From: Hyphochytrium catenoides
Taxonomy: Eukaryota > Protista > Hyphochytriomycota
Assembly: GCA_900088475.1 (NCBI GenBank)
Contig: FLMG01000099.1
Coordinates: 1-41,892, forward strand
Reading direction: 5' to 3'
DNA length: 41,892 nucleotides
The notes beneath the pieces were generated by a model. That model searched no databases, was not told where the DNA came from, and saw only the letters and a list, made by a program, of their open reading frames with translations. Positions 25,415 to 38,621 of this stretch are shown one piece after another (the first letter of the stretch is position 1; the number at the start of each line of letters is the position of its first letter). Position numbers and translations under genes: made by a program.

Positions 25415-25415
25415 A
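25030..25415. repeat. (GA)n tract followed by (CT)n tract directly upstream of the ASNSD1 start
   Basis: GA runs at 25030-25150 and CT runs at 25255-25415, ending in ctcagacag just before the ATG. Confidence 0.85.
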
Positions 25416-25421
25416 GACAGC

Positions 25422-25834
25422 ATGTGCGGCATCGGGCTGATCATCCCTGCCACGATGGGCTCGGCTCCGCCTGAAGTCCTCGTCCGTCTGAGAGAGCGCC
25501 TGAGGCAGACACTGAGACGCCGAGGACCTGACTCCCAGGGAGAAGTGTACCTGCAGGGGAAGAGAGAGAGTGGAGGAGAGACAAAGGAGAGAGAGATGGA
25601 GGGAGAGGAACAGAGAGGAGCGGAGAATGGCGCCCAGTGCTTTCTCTTCTCTTCTGTGCTGCACCTGCGCGGGGAGGAGCTGGCCTCTCAGCCCTGGAGA
25701 GATGAGGAAGGGAACCTTCTCCTCTGGAACGGAGAGATTTATGACGGCGCACAGGTAGGAAGGGACGGACCAACGGTCTGAGAAAGGCAGAAGAGAGAGA
25801 GAGAGAGAGAGAAACAAAAGGGTGTGTGTGTGTG

Positions 25835-25892
<58 letters not shown>

Positions 25893-26566
25893 CATAAGAG
25901 GATCTCCATTGAGAAGCAAGGAAGGGTGTACACTGCGGAAGGGAGAGAGGAAGGGAGTGAGAAGCAGGAGAGAGGATGAAATCTGGAGAGTATTTTAAAA
26001 GAAGTGTTAGAGCCTTCTCTCTCCGTTCTTTCTATTCACCGAACTGCCCCATCAATCTCTATCTCTCTTTCTCTCACTTCCTCTCTCTCGAACTCCCCCA
26101 TGTCCTCTTCTCTCCTTTTTCTCTCTCCCTCTCTAACCCGCGTGCCCGCCCCCTACCCTCCGTCTCCTCTCGCTCTTTCTGCCCACTCTCTCTTTCTCTC
26201 TCCACCTCCAATCGCCAGGGCGATGAGACCGCGAGTGACACGGTGCACATGGCTCGGCTACTAAGAGAGAACAAGAAAGAGAAAGAAATTGCTCTCTCTC
26301 TCTCTTCACTCAATGCAGAGTTTGCCTTCCTCTATTTTCAACGCGACCAGGAAAGACTGCTCCTAGGAAGAGACGAGTATGGACGGCGAAGTCTGGTTTG
26401 GAGGCGGCCCTCTCCCTCTCTCCCTTTCTTCCTCGTCTCTTCTACGCCCTTCAACGTTGAAGATCTACATCTTTCCCGAGAGGAAGAAAGGGAAGAGACG
26501 AGGAAAGAGCAAGGAGAAGAAGAGCGATTAGGGTAAGGCTAGGACCCGACAGAAAAAGAGGGATGG

Positions 26567-26611
<45 letters not shown>

Positions 26612-27280
26612 GTTGCTGAAGGGTGTTGGCCTTCTCCTCATCAATGACCTGAGGATGACAATGCCCCTGGACCTTTACCTTCCGCTCCTCTCTTTCGTCT
26701 CTCCAGATATACTCTCTCTTCTGTTTCCCGATCACTTGATCCTGTCTCACAGGTCGGTGCACTAAGTGCGCTATGTATAATCTCTCTCTTCTCTCTCTGC
26801 AGTCCCTGACAAGCTCTCTCTTCTGGTTACCTTCCGTTCTCCTCGCGCAGGTGGGAAGAGGTTCCTTGTGGTGTCCTTCTCTCTCTCTCCCTCAAGGATC
26901 TCTCTCTCCATCCCACGATAGTTGCCTCTTACGCTTTCGAGGGCAGCGTTGGGGAAAAGGAGGACACCGACTCTTCTCTCTCTGTGTCTCTTCCTCTCTC
27001 TCCTCCGCCTTGCCTCCAGGAGAAGGGAGCTGCTCCGCTGGAGCTTCTTAGTGTTCTCTCCGAGGCGGTGCGGCTTAGGGTCTGTAGCGTGAGAAGAAGC
27101 AGGTCTTCTTTTCTTTCTCTCTCTTCTGGGCTCTTCTTTATCAAGCTCGCCCTGCTGATTGTTTGTCTCCCTTGACTCTCTCTCTCTGTCTCTCTCCTCA
27201 TCTTTCGTCTCTTCCCGGGGTTCTATAACTCAAATCTGGTGATGGCGTCTACTGCCACCACCTTTCTCTTTGTACTGCCT

Positions 27281-27311
<31 letters not shown>

Positions 27312-28030
27312 GTCGCTGTCTCTTGTGCTCTCTCTTATTTCCCTCTCTTTCTCTCCCTCTCTTGCTCCCTCTCTCCGTCCGTCTGTCTGTCTGCCTCTCT
27401 CGGTTTATCTTTAGGTCTTGGTCTGGCTCTACGTACCTCGGGCTCCACCCCTAGCTGGGAGATTAACTTTACTCTGTCCCTGTGTCTCTCTTTGCCTTTC
27501 TTGTCTATATCTATTCTTATCTCTCTCCTTTCTCTCTGTCTCACTCTCCATCACTTTCTCTCCGTCTCTTTGTCTCTCTTCCTCTCGCCTTAGTTCCAAA
27601 CAAGCGAAGGAAGGAGAGAGAAGCGAGCGTTTTGGGGTTCTCTTCTCGGGCGGATTGGATTGTACAGTCCTCGCTGCTCTCTTGCATCGCTTCGTACCCG
27701 AGGAAGAGCCCATCGACCTCATTTTGGTGTGCTTCGAGTCTTGCCCTACTTCTCCCTCTACTACCTCTCTCTCTCCCTCTTTCTCTCCGTCTGCCTCCCC
27801 TTCCCCCGATCGGTGCTCCGCTCTCACTGCAGCGAGAGAACTGAGAAAAGTTTATCCAGCGCGGAACTGGCGGTTGCTGGCTGTTGATGTCTCCCCTGAA
27901 GAGCTCATGGCCCAGAGAGATCACATTAGGGAGATTATTCAGGTCTTCTCTCCCTCTCTGAGTCCGTCCTGCTCTGACTCTCTTTCTCCAACTTTCTTTT
28001 GCTCTCTTTTGTTTCTCTCTCTCTTTCGCT

Positions 28031-28062
<32 letters not shown>

Positions 28063-29245
28063 NNNNNNNNNNNNNNNNNNNNNNNNNNNNNNNNNNNNNN
28101 NNNNNNNNNNNNNNNNNNNNNNNTCTCTCTCTCTCTCTCGCACACACACACACACACACTCTGTCTCCGTCTCTGACTGTCTGTCTATCTGTCTCTGTGT
28201 CTCTCTCTTCCGCCTTCGGTGTCTCTCTCCACTCCTTCGTGTCTCTCTCGCTTGTGTCTCTTAGAGCAGTTTATGTTCGTCTCTTTCCTGTCCGAGACCG
28301 CTAGTGCATTGATCTCAACACCTCCCTCCTTGGCGGTCTTCCTCTTTCTGGTTCGGGTGCGGCCCCATTTCTGCACTGCTGCCTAGTAGTCAGGTTTTTC
28401 TCTCTGTTGTTTTGCTCTCTCTTTTGTTTGCTCGCGGCCCTGCTCTCAGTGGGATCTCTCTCTCTCTCTCTTGCTTCACTACCTCCCTCTTTCTCTTGCT
28501 CTCTTGCTTTTCTTCTCTCTCTGTCCCTCACGTTGTTCCGTGGTTTGCTGATCCCTGCAGCCCAGTCGCACGGTGATGGATTTCAATATCGCGGCTGCGC
28601 TGTGGTTTGCTGCCAGCGGGAAGGGAAGGGAGGTTGACGTGGAGAGAGAGTGTGAGCAAGTGGAAAGTAAAGGACCAGAGGAAAGAGGTGAACCGGGCCA
28701 GAGGAGGGAAGAGAGTAAGTTGAAAGAATCTTCCCTTGCTTTCCCTGCTGGTCCCCAACTATAAGTATCGGCACTTTTGGGCTGTGTGTGTGTCTCTCTC
28801 TCTCTGTCTGTCTCTCTCTCTCTCTCTCTCACTCTCTCTGTCTCTCTGCCGCTCTGTCTCTCCGCGCTTGCTCGCTCTCGTTTTCTCTCCAGCTTGCAAG
28901 AACCCCAAATGTCAACAAAATGGCTTAGTTTGTCCCCGTGGACTCTGCATTCCGTGCTGCCGAAAGGTGAGACCTCTTGTTATAGAGTTCGAGAGTCATT
29001 TCTTTCCTATGGCTCCATCGAGTTGCTCATTTTCTCAATCTGTCTCACTTTTTCTCTCTCTCTCCCTCTTCTCCATCCTCCTGGACTAGATATAGAGACA
29101 TTCTCTTATTGAGCTCCCTCCTCTTCGCTTCTCTCTTCACCTCCAGATTTGATGAGTGAATCTTTTCTCCCTGTCTTATCCGTCGAAGGGAAAAGGATAT
29201 CTCCTCCTCTCGCATTTTCCACCCTCGTTATCCCTTCAACTCCGT

Positions 29246-29283
<38 letters not shown>

Positions 29284-31007
29284 NNNNNNNNNNNNNNNNC
29301 TTTCTCTCTCCCTCCTTTATTTTTTTCTGTCTCTTCTCTGCATGTGTCTCTCTTGTTGCTATCCTTGACTCTCTCTTTCTGGATTTAGGCGTCACGGTTG
29401 GGAAAGAAAGTGCGGCAACTGCAGAACTCTCATACTCGAGGGTCTGCGCCAGCACAGGAACTGAAGGCCTTGCAAGGTCTGGAGCTGTCGCTGCGGTCGA
29501 TGGGCGCTCAGGAGGAGTTGGAGGAAGGTCAGCATCGTTCGGGCTCTCTCTCTCTCCCTTCTCCGTTGGTGGCTCTCTGACCTTAGTATCTCCTTCGATG
29601 TCTCCATCCGTGTTTTCATCCGCCTCTCTCCTTTTTCACCTTTCTCTTGCTCTCATCGCCCTATTCTGCCCTAACCGGCGACCAAGAGCGCACTACCAGC
29701 GGTCTCTGTCCACGCCTCTCATCCTGGTGCTGACGTTCCACCTTTCTCTTTCTCTCTCCCTTCTGTCTCCCCATCTCTCTCCGTTCTGCTCTGTCATGCA
29801 CTCCTCCACAGGTGCCTGCCCGGTTCATAGCTGTAGCCAAGAGAGACGGGACGCTAAGGAAAGAGAGAGAGGTCAAGAGAAGATTAAGGACAGAGGGTAC
29901 AGAGCAGAGCTCGTCACCTCTTTAGCACGTGTTCTCTTCATTGGGATAGGCGCGGACGAGCTATTGGCTGGTGAGAGTGCGCGATAGAGACAAGAGAGAG
30001 AGAAACCAGGCCTGTCAGTGCTCATTGAGAGTGAGAGTGAGAGGCTCAGAAAGAAAGAGGATGTATGAAGGCCGGCTGACATTGGATTACTTTCGGTCCG
30101 ATAAGGAAAAATCAGCTTGACTGAGGCAAGACGTAGGGTTTGACGAGAGAGGAATAGAGAGAAGGAGAGACAGGAATTTAAAATTAAGGAGAGACAGACA
30201 TGGTGCGGTATCGAGGTCGGTTATCTCCTAGGAACTGATGAGATTTCCCTCTCGCTCGCTCGCTGCCCATCCTCTTCCTGCTTCCCTTACGTTCTCTCTC
30301 TGTCTTTCTCCCTGCTCTCTCTCCGTCTCCTCGTACTCTCTCTCTCCTCTTGACTCCATAGGCTACGGGCGGCACCGCCTCGCCTACCAGTCCGGCGGAG
30401 TGGCTGCGCTTCGGGTGGAGCTGGAATTGGACCGGCGGCGGCTGTGGCGGCGGAACCTGGGTCGTGATGATCGGACCGTGGCGGACTGGGGAAGAGAGGG
30501 AAGATTCCCTTTCCTGGACAAAGAAGTGGTGCAACTGGTCAGGTCTCTGCCGGTTGAAGAGGTGCGGATATGTTAAGGAGATTAGCTTTGGATGTCTCGT
30601 CTCTCCTGGGTTCTCTCTCTCTCTCTCTCTTGTCTCTCCTCTTGGGTTGTATGCTTTTCTTCCGCCTCTCCCCTTTTCCGATGTGCCATATCACCTGTGA
30701 CTATCTTTCTGATTTCATTCACTTCAACGGTTCGTCTTCCACTCTCTCTCTTATTCTCTCTTCTCTCACTTTGTCTGTCCTCCCTTCGTCCCTTCAATGT
30801 TCTTAGATTGCCGACCTGAGGGAAAAGAGGGGTGTTGGAGACAAGAAGATCCTTCGAGAGGTAGCACGGATGCTGGGCCTGAGAGAGACGGCCCAACAGC
30901 CTAAGCGAGCCATTCAATTTGGCAGCAGAGTTGCTCGGCAGATTGAGCTCCTCACGATTGGGAAGAGAGAAAAGAAAGGAGACAGAGAGATGGACTTGGA
31001 AGAGTAA
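25422..31007 (+). CDS. ASNSD1: Asparagine synthetase domain-containing protein 1 (Ntn glutamine amidotransferase + PP-loop domain)
   Basis: 10 phase-consistent exons: 25422-25754, 26219-26532, 26851-27102, 27594-27942, 28561-28714 (alt. 28750), 28893-28966, 29389-29527, 29812-29970, 30362-30561, 30807-31007. Motifs MCGI, RRGPD, SVLHLRG, LLWNGEIY, GRDEYGRRSL, VLFSGGLDC, SPDR, MDFNIAAALWFAA, GIGADELLAGYGRH, RNLGRDDR, RFPFLD, GDKKILR, KRAIQFGSR. Confidence 0.93.
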
Positions 31008-31720
31008 TCATTTCCATCTTCATTGCAGATTTGACGTTGCAGAGATGCAAGGAGACAAAGGTAGAGGTTGAGTCCGACCGACGTCCATTCTCTCTCTCTC
31101 TCTCACAAGTGCCCTACCACCAAAGAAGGTTGCACGTGTTCTCTAGAAGCTGTTGCGATGGAGAAGCATCTCTAAAATGGAAGTGTCTCTCCTCATTTCT
31201 CGGAGGGAAGAGAGGTATATACTCTCCTGCCGTTTCTGTCTGCTTGCCAACGGAGAGAAGACTAAAGAAGAGGTTGCCGAGAGGTCAAGAGGATAGTCTC
31301 TCTCTCTTTTCTCGGCAACAGCATGCTGACTCCGCCTTGGCCAAAGAGCTTTCTAGGGTGTCATAGATCACTCTCTCTTGTTCGGCTCCGGTAGCGGTGT
31401 AAGCAAGAAGGAGAAGTACCTAGAAGAAGGGATCGGGCTCTTTCCTCTTTGAAAGGAGAGAGAAGCGAGAGGGCAAGGAATGTCCGATGATGGCATATGG
31501 CTTCTTCGACTATTAAGGTTTACTATGGCAGAGCAGCTCTCTTCTTCATGGAAAGAAGTGATGGTTTGGATCACCCTCTTTCTCTCTCTCTCCTCTGTCG
31601 ATGGTACTGGAGGGCTCTTAGCTCCTCGACCACGACAGAGAGAGAGAAAATACGACGACAGTATGAAAAGAGTTAGAGAAAGAGCTTTAAAAAGCTAAGA
31701 TAAAGACAAAGAGAGTGTTC

Positions 31721-34700
31721 CTATGCGGCCTTGGCCTTTCCTCTCGCACCCACAGCACCGCTTTTCGTCTTCTTCGCTTTCTTTCTCGTTACATTAGGCG
31801 CAACGTTCTCCTCTTCTCCGTCGCCTACGTCCTCTCTCTCTTCATCGTCTCTCCTGTTCGGGACGGTCCTGGTGACGGTACTGACGCCGTCAACAAACTT
31901 CGTCCGGAAGAGAACGTTGGCGTTGTTGAACATTCCTTCCTTGAGACTCACCACCAGGAACTGTGAGGAAGAGAAGTGGTTCTTTATCATTTGTCCAATG
32001 TTCTGGGTGTGAGAGAGATCCAATGCGGCGTCCACTTCGTCCAGGATGTACATGGGAGCAGGCTTGAAGAGCAAGAGAGAAAGAATGAGAGAGAGTGCGA
32101 GAAGAGAGCGCTGTCCGCCACTGAGCTCTGTGAGAGACTCCTTCCATACGTTCCCAAAGGCAACCTTCACTTCCAAACCATCCAGAACGGTGCCGCCCTC
32201 AGGAGGCTCCAGTTTGGCTTGCGTTCCTGTCAAAGAGAGAGAGAGGGAGAGAGCGAGCAGTATTAGAGACGAGCCCCTCGCCAGGACCAGAATGGGGAGA
32301 GAGAGAGAGAAGTCTGAAAGCCTCTCTACCTGGGAGAAGAGTGGAGAAGATGGATCCAAAGTCTTTGTTAACTTTCTCCCACGTGCTCTTCAGCGCCTCG
32401 TTCTTCTTGTTGTCCAGCTCCTCGATCACACTCTCAATCTTGGCCTTGTCTTTCTCGATGATCTGCTTCTTCTTCATCAGCCCTTGGTATTCCTGCTCCG
32501 CCTTCTCTATCATCCCCATCACCTAGAGAAGGAGAGATTATGAACCACCGTAGAGAAGAAACAAGCAAGACAGGGTAAAGAGGGAGTTCTAACAATCAGC
32601 CAGGATGTAAGTGGACTATAGTGAGTAGCCAAAGGGAGAGAAATCAAGTCTCTCTCTCTCTCTCTCTTTACCTTTTTGTTAATCTTCTTGCTGAGTGCTT
32701 GCTGCTCTGTCTGCAAGTCCTTCAGTCTCCTGGCTGCCTGCTGCGGGTCTCTGGCTTTGAAGTCATATTCTGTGTGAGGACGGCCGAAGAACTGACGCTC
32801 TTGAGCAATCCAAGGGTGCTTTTGGGTCATGCTCTCCACGTACTGAAGAGCAGAGGCTTGCTCCTACGCTCATAAAGAGAAAGAAAGCGAGAGAGGACGC
32901 ACGGATCCGTAAATATCCAGCGCGCGAAGGGGCAGAAGACCTCTACTGTCTTTCTCCTTCCTGTTTTTCTCTCTCTCTTCTTGCATTTGTTGCTCTCCAT
33001 TCCCTTACCTTTTCTATAACAAGGATCTTGTGCTCCATCTTCCTGATGCTGAGCGCTGTGGCGGATCTCTCCTGCCCCAGCTCTTGCTCAACCCTCAGCA
33101 GAGTCTTGAGCTCTCCGTCACAGGCCGCGATCTCTCTTCTCTTTCTCTCTAGCTCCCCTCTCGCAGCCTCGTATTCCTCCTTCTTTTTCTCCACTTTCTC
33201 TTCCAAGGCTGACCCTTCGTCCTTGAGGTCTGACAGCTGAGAGGCAAGGGCAGACAGCTGGCTCTTGATCGATTCCTGGGAGGGTAAAACACATGAGAGA
33301 TGTGCCCATCAGAAAATGATAGAAAGGACTCGTCGCTGCAAAACTGGAGAGAGAAGAAGAAGAAGGAAGATGACCACGAGCACGACCAGTTGAAGGGAAT
33401 GGTAAGGAAACCAGCGGTGCTGCTTGTCAGTACAAAGGGAGAGAAACAGAGAAAGGGAGAGAGTGTGACTTCCATACCACTTCTCCCTGCTGCTGTTCAA
33501 TCTCCAGCTCTTTCTCCTGAAGCTTCTGCTGCGCGGCTTTCAGCTCCTTCGCAGCCTTAGAGGCCGCAGTCTTGGCCTCTTGGATCCTGTTCCGAATTGA
33601 TGCCATTTTCTCCTCCCTTGAGGCGTTCAGATCCGCAATCTTCCTCTCGAGGGCCTCTACTTCCTCTCTCCCTCTCTCTTGCTCCTCCTTGCAACGCGCT
33701 GCCTGCTCCTCGGCAAGAGAGAGAGCTTCCCTCTCTTTCTCTCTCTCTTCTTCCATCTTGGCAAACTCGCTGCGAGATATCTTTCTCTCCAACAGCTCCA
33801 ACTCGTGCTGCTTCAGGTCAATCTGCTGCGAGAGCGCGCTATACTCCTTCTCAAGGGAAGAGAGAGCCTCTAGTCTCTCTAGGATCTTCTCCTTCTTCTC
33901 TTCCTCTCTTCCTAGCTCCTTACTTCTCTCCTGGAGCTCTTGCAAGCGTAGAAGGACAGAGCCACCCCCTCTCGTACTTCCTCCCTGAAGAGTGCCCGCA
34001 GGATCAAAGGAATCTCCTTCTTTGGTGACTGTTCTCACCTTTATCTCTTTGTCAAAGGTGATAGCTCTCGCTTCCTCTCCTCTCTCGCAGACGAAGGAAG
34101 AACCAAAGACATACTCCATCGCATTCCTCACCTCTTCCTCGTAGTCTACGGCAGAGAGTGCAGGGAGGACGGAGCCAGAAGAAGAAGAGAGAGAAGAGGC
34201 AATGTCTTTTGCTCTTCTGACTTTCTCTTCAGGGAGTGTCTTATGGCTAATCTTAGAGAGAGGGATGATAGTGACTCTGTTCTTGAGCTTCCCGTTCTTT
34301 AGAAGCTGCTTGCCTGTCTCCTCTGTGTCCACGACCACCTGGTACAGCTTTCCTCCCGCTGTCACCTCGATGGCAGTGGCCCACTCCTTGTCTTTCACCT
34401 GATGAAGGGAGAGAGGGAGGGGGAGAGAACAAGGAAGAAGGTTCAGATTGATAGCGCCAGAGCCTTCCATGCATTGCGGGCAATCATGGTAACATTACTT
34501 TTACCCTCTCAATCTCTCTCTCTCTCTCTCTCTCTCTCAGTCTTTCCTCTTCTCTTTCTCCTACCTGAAAGAGCTTAGCCACGACTCCCTTGACTGCAGA
34601 GCGATCGAAGTTCTTAGAGGGAGAAGTGAATTCAAAGTTCAGGTTGGAAGAGAGTTGAGCGGTCAATTTGTTGACAGTCGTGCGGAGAGAGAGAATCTTG

Positions 34701-37004
34701 TTCTCCAGCTGCTCCTTCTCCCTCAAGAGCTCGGCCTCTTCCTCAGGACTATAAGATATCTTGGCTCTCTTCTCTTTAAACTTCTCAAGCGCGGAAGAGA
34801 GAGCTTTTCTCTCTTTCTCGAGCGCATTCTTCTCAACTTCGGCTTTCTTCAGCTCTTTCTCCTTCTTTTTGATGCTCTCTCTTAAGTGTTTGGCCCTCAT
34901 CTCTGCCTGTTGTTGCTGAGCCGCCGCGCCCTTCCTCTCCTTTTCTTTTTGAGCGAGGAGGTCGGCGAGAGACTTCTCTCCCTCTTCTTGACTGCTCATC
35001 CCTGCACTTAACCCCTGCAATTCCCTTTGAAGGTCCTCGAGGGTCTTGGTCTTGAGAGACGAGCTAGAAGACGCTTTTTCCATTGCTTTTTGTAGGGAAG
35101 AGAGTGCCTGCAAGGAAGGAAAGAGAGAGAGAAATAAGGTAAACGTTCCTGAGCAAGTTCGAGAGGAATCTCTGAAAGGAATGTACGGAAAGACAAATGG
35201 CCACTATACATGGAAGAACGGACGCTTAGAAGGAAGAACAGGATGATAGCGTGGCAGGAGAGAAAGAGAGAGAGAACGAATGAAACTGAGAGAAAAGTGG
35301 ACCTTCGATTGGGCCTCAGTCTCCTTCACCGCCTCCTGCAGCTGGGCCTCCAACTTCTCTTTGTTTTCTTCCTCTTTTCTCAGCATTTCGGACTTGTTCC
35401 TCATCATCGTGCTGACCTGTACCAGTTCCTTCGACAGCTTCTCCTCTCTCCCCTGCAGAGCCTTAGAGGAGCCTTCGACCTCTCTCTCCTTCCGCTCTGT
35501 CAGCTCCTTGATCTTCTCCTTGTTGCTCTGCTCTCTCTCTCCCACTTCCTTCAGTTTCTCTTGCATCTTATCCACTTTCTCCTTGAGTTCATTTCTCTCA
35601 GAAAGAGAGCTCTTACTCTCCTCTTCTCCCTTGACAAACTCATAGGCAATGCAGAACCTCTCAAGTCTCTCTCTCTCCAGATTATTCGCCGTCCACTTAA
35701 GATAATGGCTCTTCTCCTGCCGCAGCTTCTCCAGCGTGGGCGTGATCTCTTCTGCCAGCACCTGTGTGATCTCATCGACCTTCTTCTGCTTCTTCTCAAT
35801 GGTTTTCAGCGCGTTCTGCTTCTTGTTCTCATACATTCGAGTGCCTGCAGCTTCCTCTATCATTCCTAAGATCTCTGGCGGCTTCATGTTCAGCACTTTC
35901 GTGATGCGGCCCTGCATGATCAGGAAGTGAGGATTGTTGACGTTGAGCTGGACGGAGTGGAAGAGATTCTGCACTTGGCTGGCCTGCACTGTGTGCCCGT
36001 TGATGAGATACTTGTTGCGGCCACCGATGACCACCTAGAGAGAGAGGGAAAAGAGAGAGAGAGAGAGAGAGAGAGAGAAGGAGCAGATGTGTGTCAAGAC
36101 CATGAGTCAGTGTAACGGAACAGAAAGGAAGAATGTATAGGACAAAACACACAGAGAGAGAGAGTGAGAGAAGGACTAGATGTGGGTCAAAACCAGGACT
36201 CAGTGGAGCGGAACAGAAAGGAAGAATATATAGAAAAATACAGGGAGAGAGAGAGAGAAACAACGAAAAGTTTAGGCTAACCGACATGCAGTCGTCCAAC
36301 CCTCAGAGTGTGACAGAAGGACAAGAGACAGTCGTCAAGGACTAAACTGATGGCCGATTATGCGACAAGGAAGCAAGAGAGAGAGAGAGAGAGGAAGAGC
36401 AAGAGAGAGAGAGAGAGTCAGAGAGAGAGAGGGAGGCCCTTCGTCAAAGCAAGAGATGACGATCAAAAGAGAGACCTGTCTGGTGACCGTGATCTGGTCA
36501 TATTGCTCGTATCCGACGGGGCTGCCCTTTGGGTCTGAATTGTTGAAGACAATCGTCACGCTCGCCTTTGTCACTCCTGCCTGCCCCTGCTTGTACACGA
36601 GCTCCTGCAGGTTCCCAGCCCTGACCTGTACCGGGGGACAAGAGAGAGACAGAGAGAGAGAGAGGGAGAGAGAAGCAGTTTAGGACTCTTCTGTGTTCAC
36701 AGGTAGATGCTAAGAGTCGAGAGAGAGGAGGGCGAAGCGGAAGAGAAGAAGAGTGAGGACAGGAGGAGAAACAGACGGAGAGAGTAAGATGGCACAAAGG
36801 AAAGAGACGGAGAGAGAGAGAGAGAGAGAGAAAGACCTGGCTGAGGTTTGAGATGCCAAGCACGAAGCATATAGAGTCCAGAATGTTGGACTTTCCGCTT
36901 CCGTTCATGCCTGTGATGGCATTGAACCGCTTGTCAAAGCCCGAGATGACGGTTCTCGTGGCGTAAGACTTGAAGCCATCGATGATGATCTCCTCAATGA
37001 ACAT
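31721..37004 (-). CDS. SMC2: Structural maintenance of chromosomes protein 2 (condensin subunit)
   Basis: Nine exons 37004-36837, 36625-36476, 36034-35303, 35107-34565, 34398-33478, 33275-33009, 32863-32672, 32522-32330, 32226-31721 (3672 nt, 1223 aa). Walker [33 protein letters not shown], hinge region with [13 protein letters not shown], signature LSGGQRS, Walker [12 protein letters not shown]. Confidence 0.97.
36070..36258. repeat. ~93 bp diverged tandem duplication inside SMC2 intron 2
   Basis: AGATGTGTGTCAAGACCATGAGTCAGTGTAACGGAACAGAAAGGAAGAATGTATAG vs AGATGTGGGTCAAAACCAGGACTCAGTGGAGCGGAACAGAAAGGAAGAATATATAG; each copy is bounded by (GA)n. Confidence 0.8.
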
Positions 37005-37924
37005 CGCAGAGAGAGGAGAAAGGCCTACCAGAGGCCTGGATAGACTTCAGCTATAACTCTCTCTCTCCCTGTTGTTCTGACTCTTGCTCTCCAGTATGAC
37101 TGCCAATGTTTGTCTCTCTTCCAGAGACTCTCAATTTGAAGCTTGCAGATGCTTCAGAAGCTTTGTCCCCTCCGGCAGATGGAAGATATCGGAAGCTACT
37201 GGTCAAACAGTCCTTGCGTCGTCTNNNNNNNNNNNNNTCTCTCTCTCTCTTCTTTCCGTTCTCTCGCAATCATCCCGCCTTCGAAATTTCAAACCTCGCC
37301 TCAACTAGCCGTTAGCGCTCCAACCGCTATTTCTATCCCTAACCCTATCCCACCCAGCTTCAAAGGAGTACCAGTAAGCCTAATCCCTACTGGGAGAAGG
37401 AGGCCACAAATAGCCCATCCATCTTTCAGCGGTGGTTAACCGCTATAAGGGACCAGGTCCCCATTCTCCTTCGTAGGAATGACGAGGCCTGGTAAAGCTG
37501 TCAAACTTCTACTAACAACTACAACAGGTCAATGGAGACGCCAGCCGCCCATCCATCCCTAGGCCTTTATAGTACCGTAAAGCCTCTCCTACCCGCGGTG
37601 AGAGCCGCAAACGCCATCCGGCACACGCCACCTGTTGATTTCTACAGAAAGTACTAGGAACACCCGATAAAAAGTGTGTCACATCTCTCGTGGTGTTCTA
37701 ATAGAAGAGGGGTTTGTACGTTAATTAATAGTGCTTAGTGCCTGGCAGGAAGGGGGGGGTTGTCCCTTGCTGTGATGTTGGCGCTGTCCTTTGACTGGCT
37801 CCGCAGCGGCGCTGGGTCCCGCGCGCGCTGAGGAACTGCGGTCATTGCCTTCTGAAGCTCTGCCATTGGGATCTCCACTTCCTATCCGTAGCCACCGGTC
37901 CACCAACCGTACAATCCTTGAAAG

Positions 37925-38621
<697 letters not shown>

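Noticed and set aside
35210-35869. 219-aa Leu-rich plus-strand ORF (and similar ORFs at 32046-32543, 33572-33988)
   Set aside because: Antisense shadows of SMC2 coiled-coil exons.
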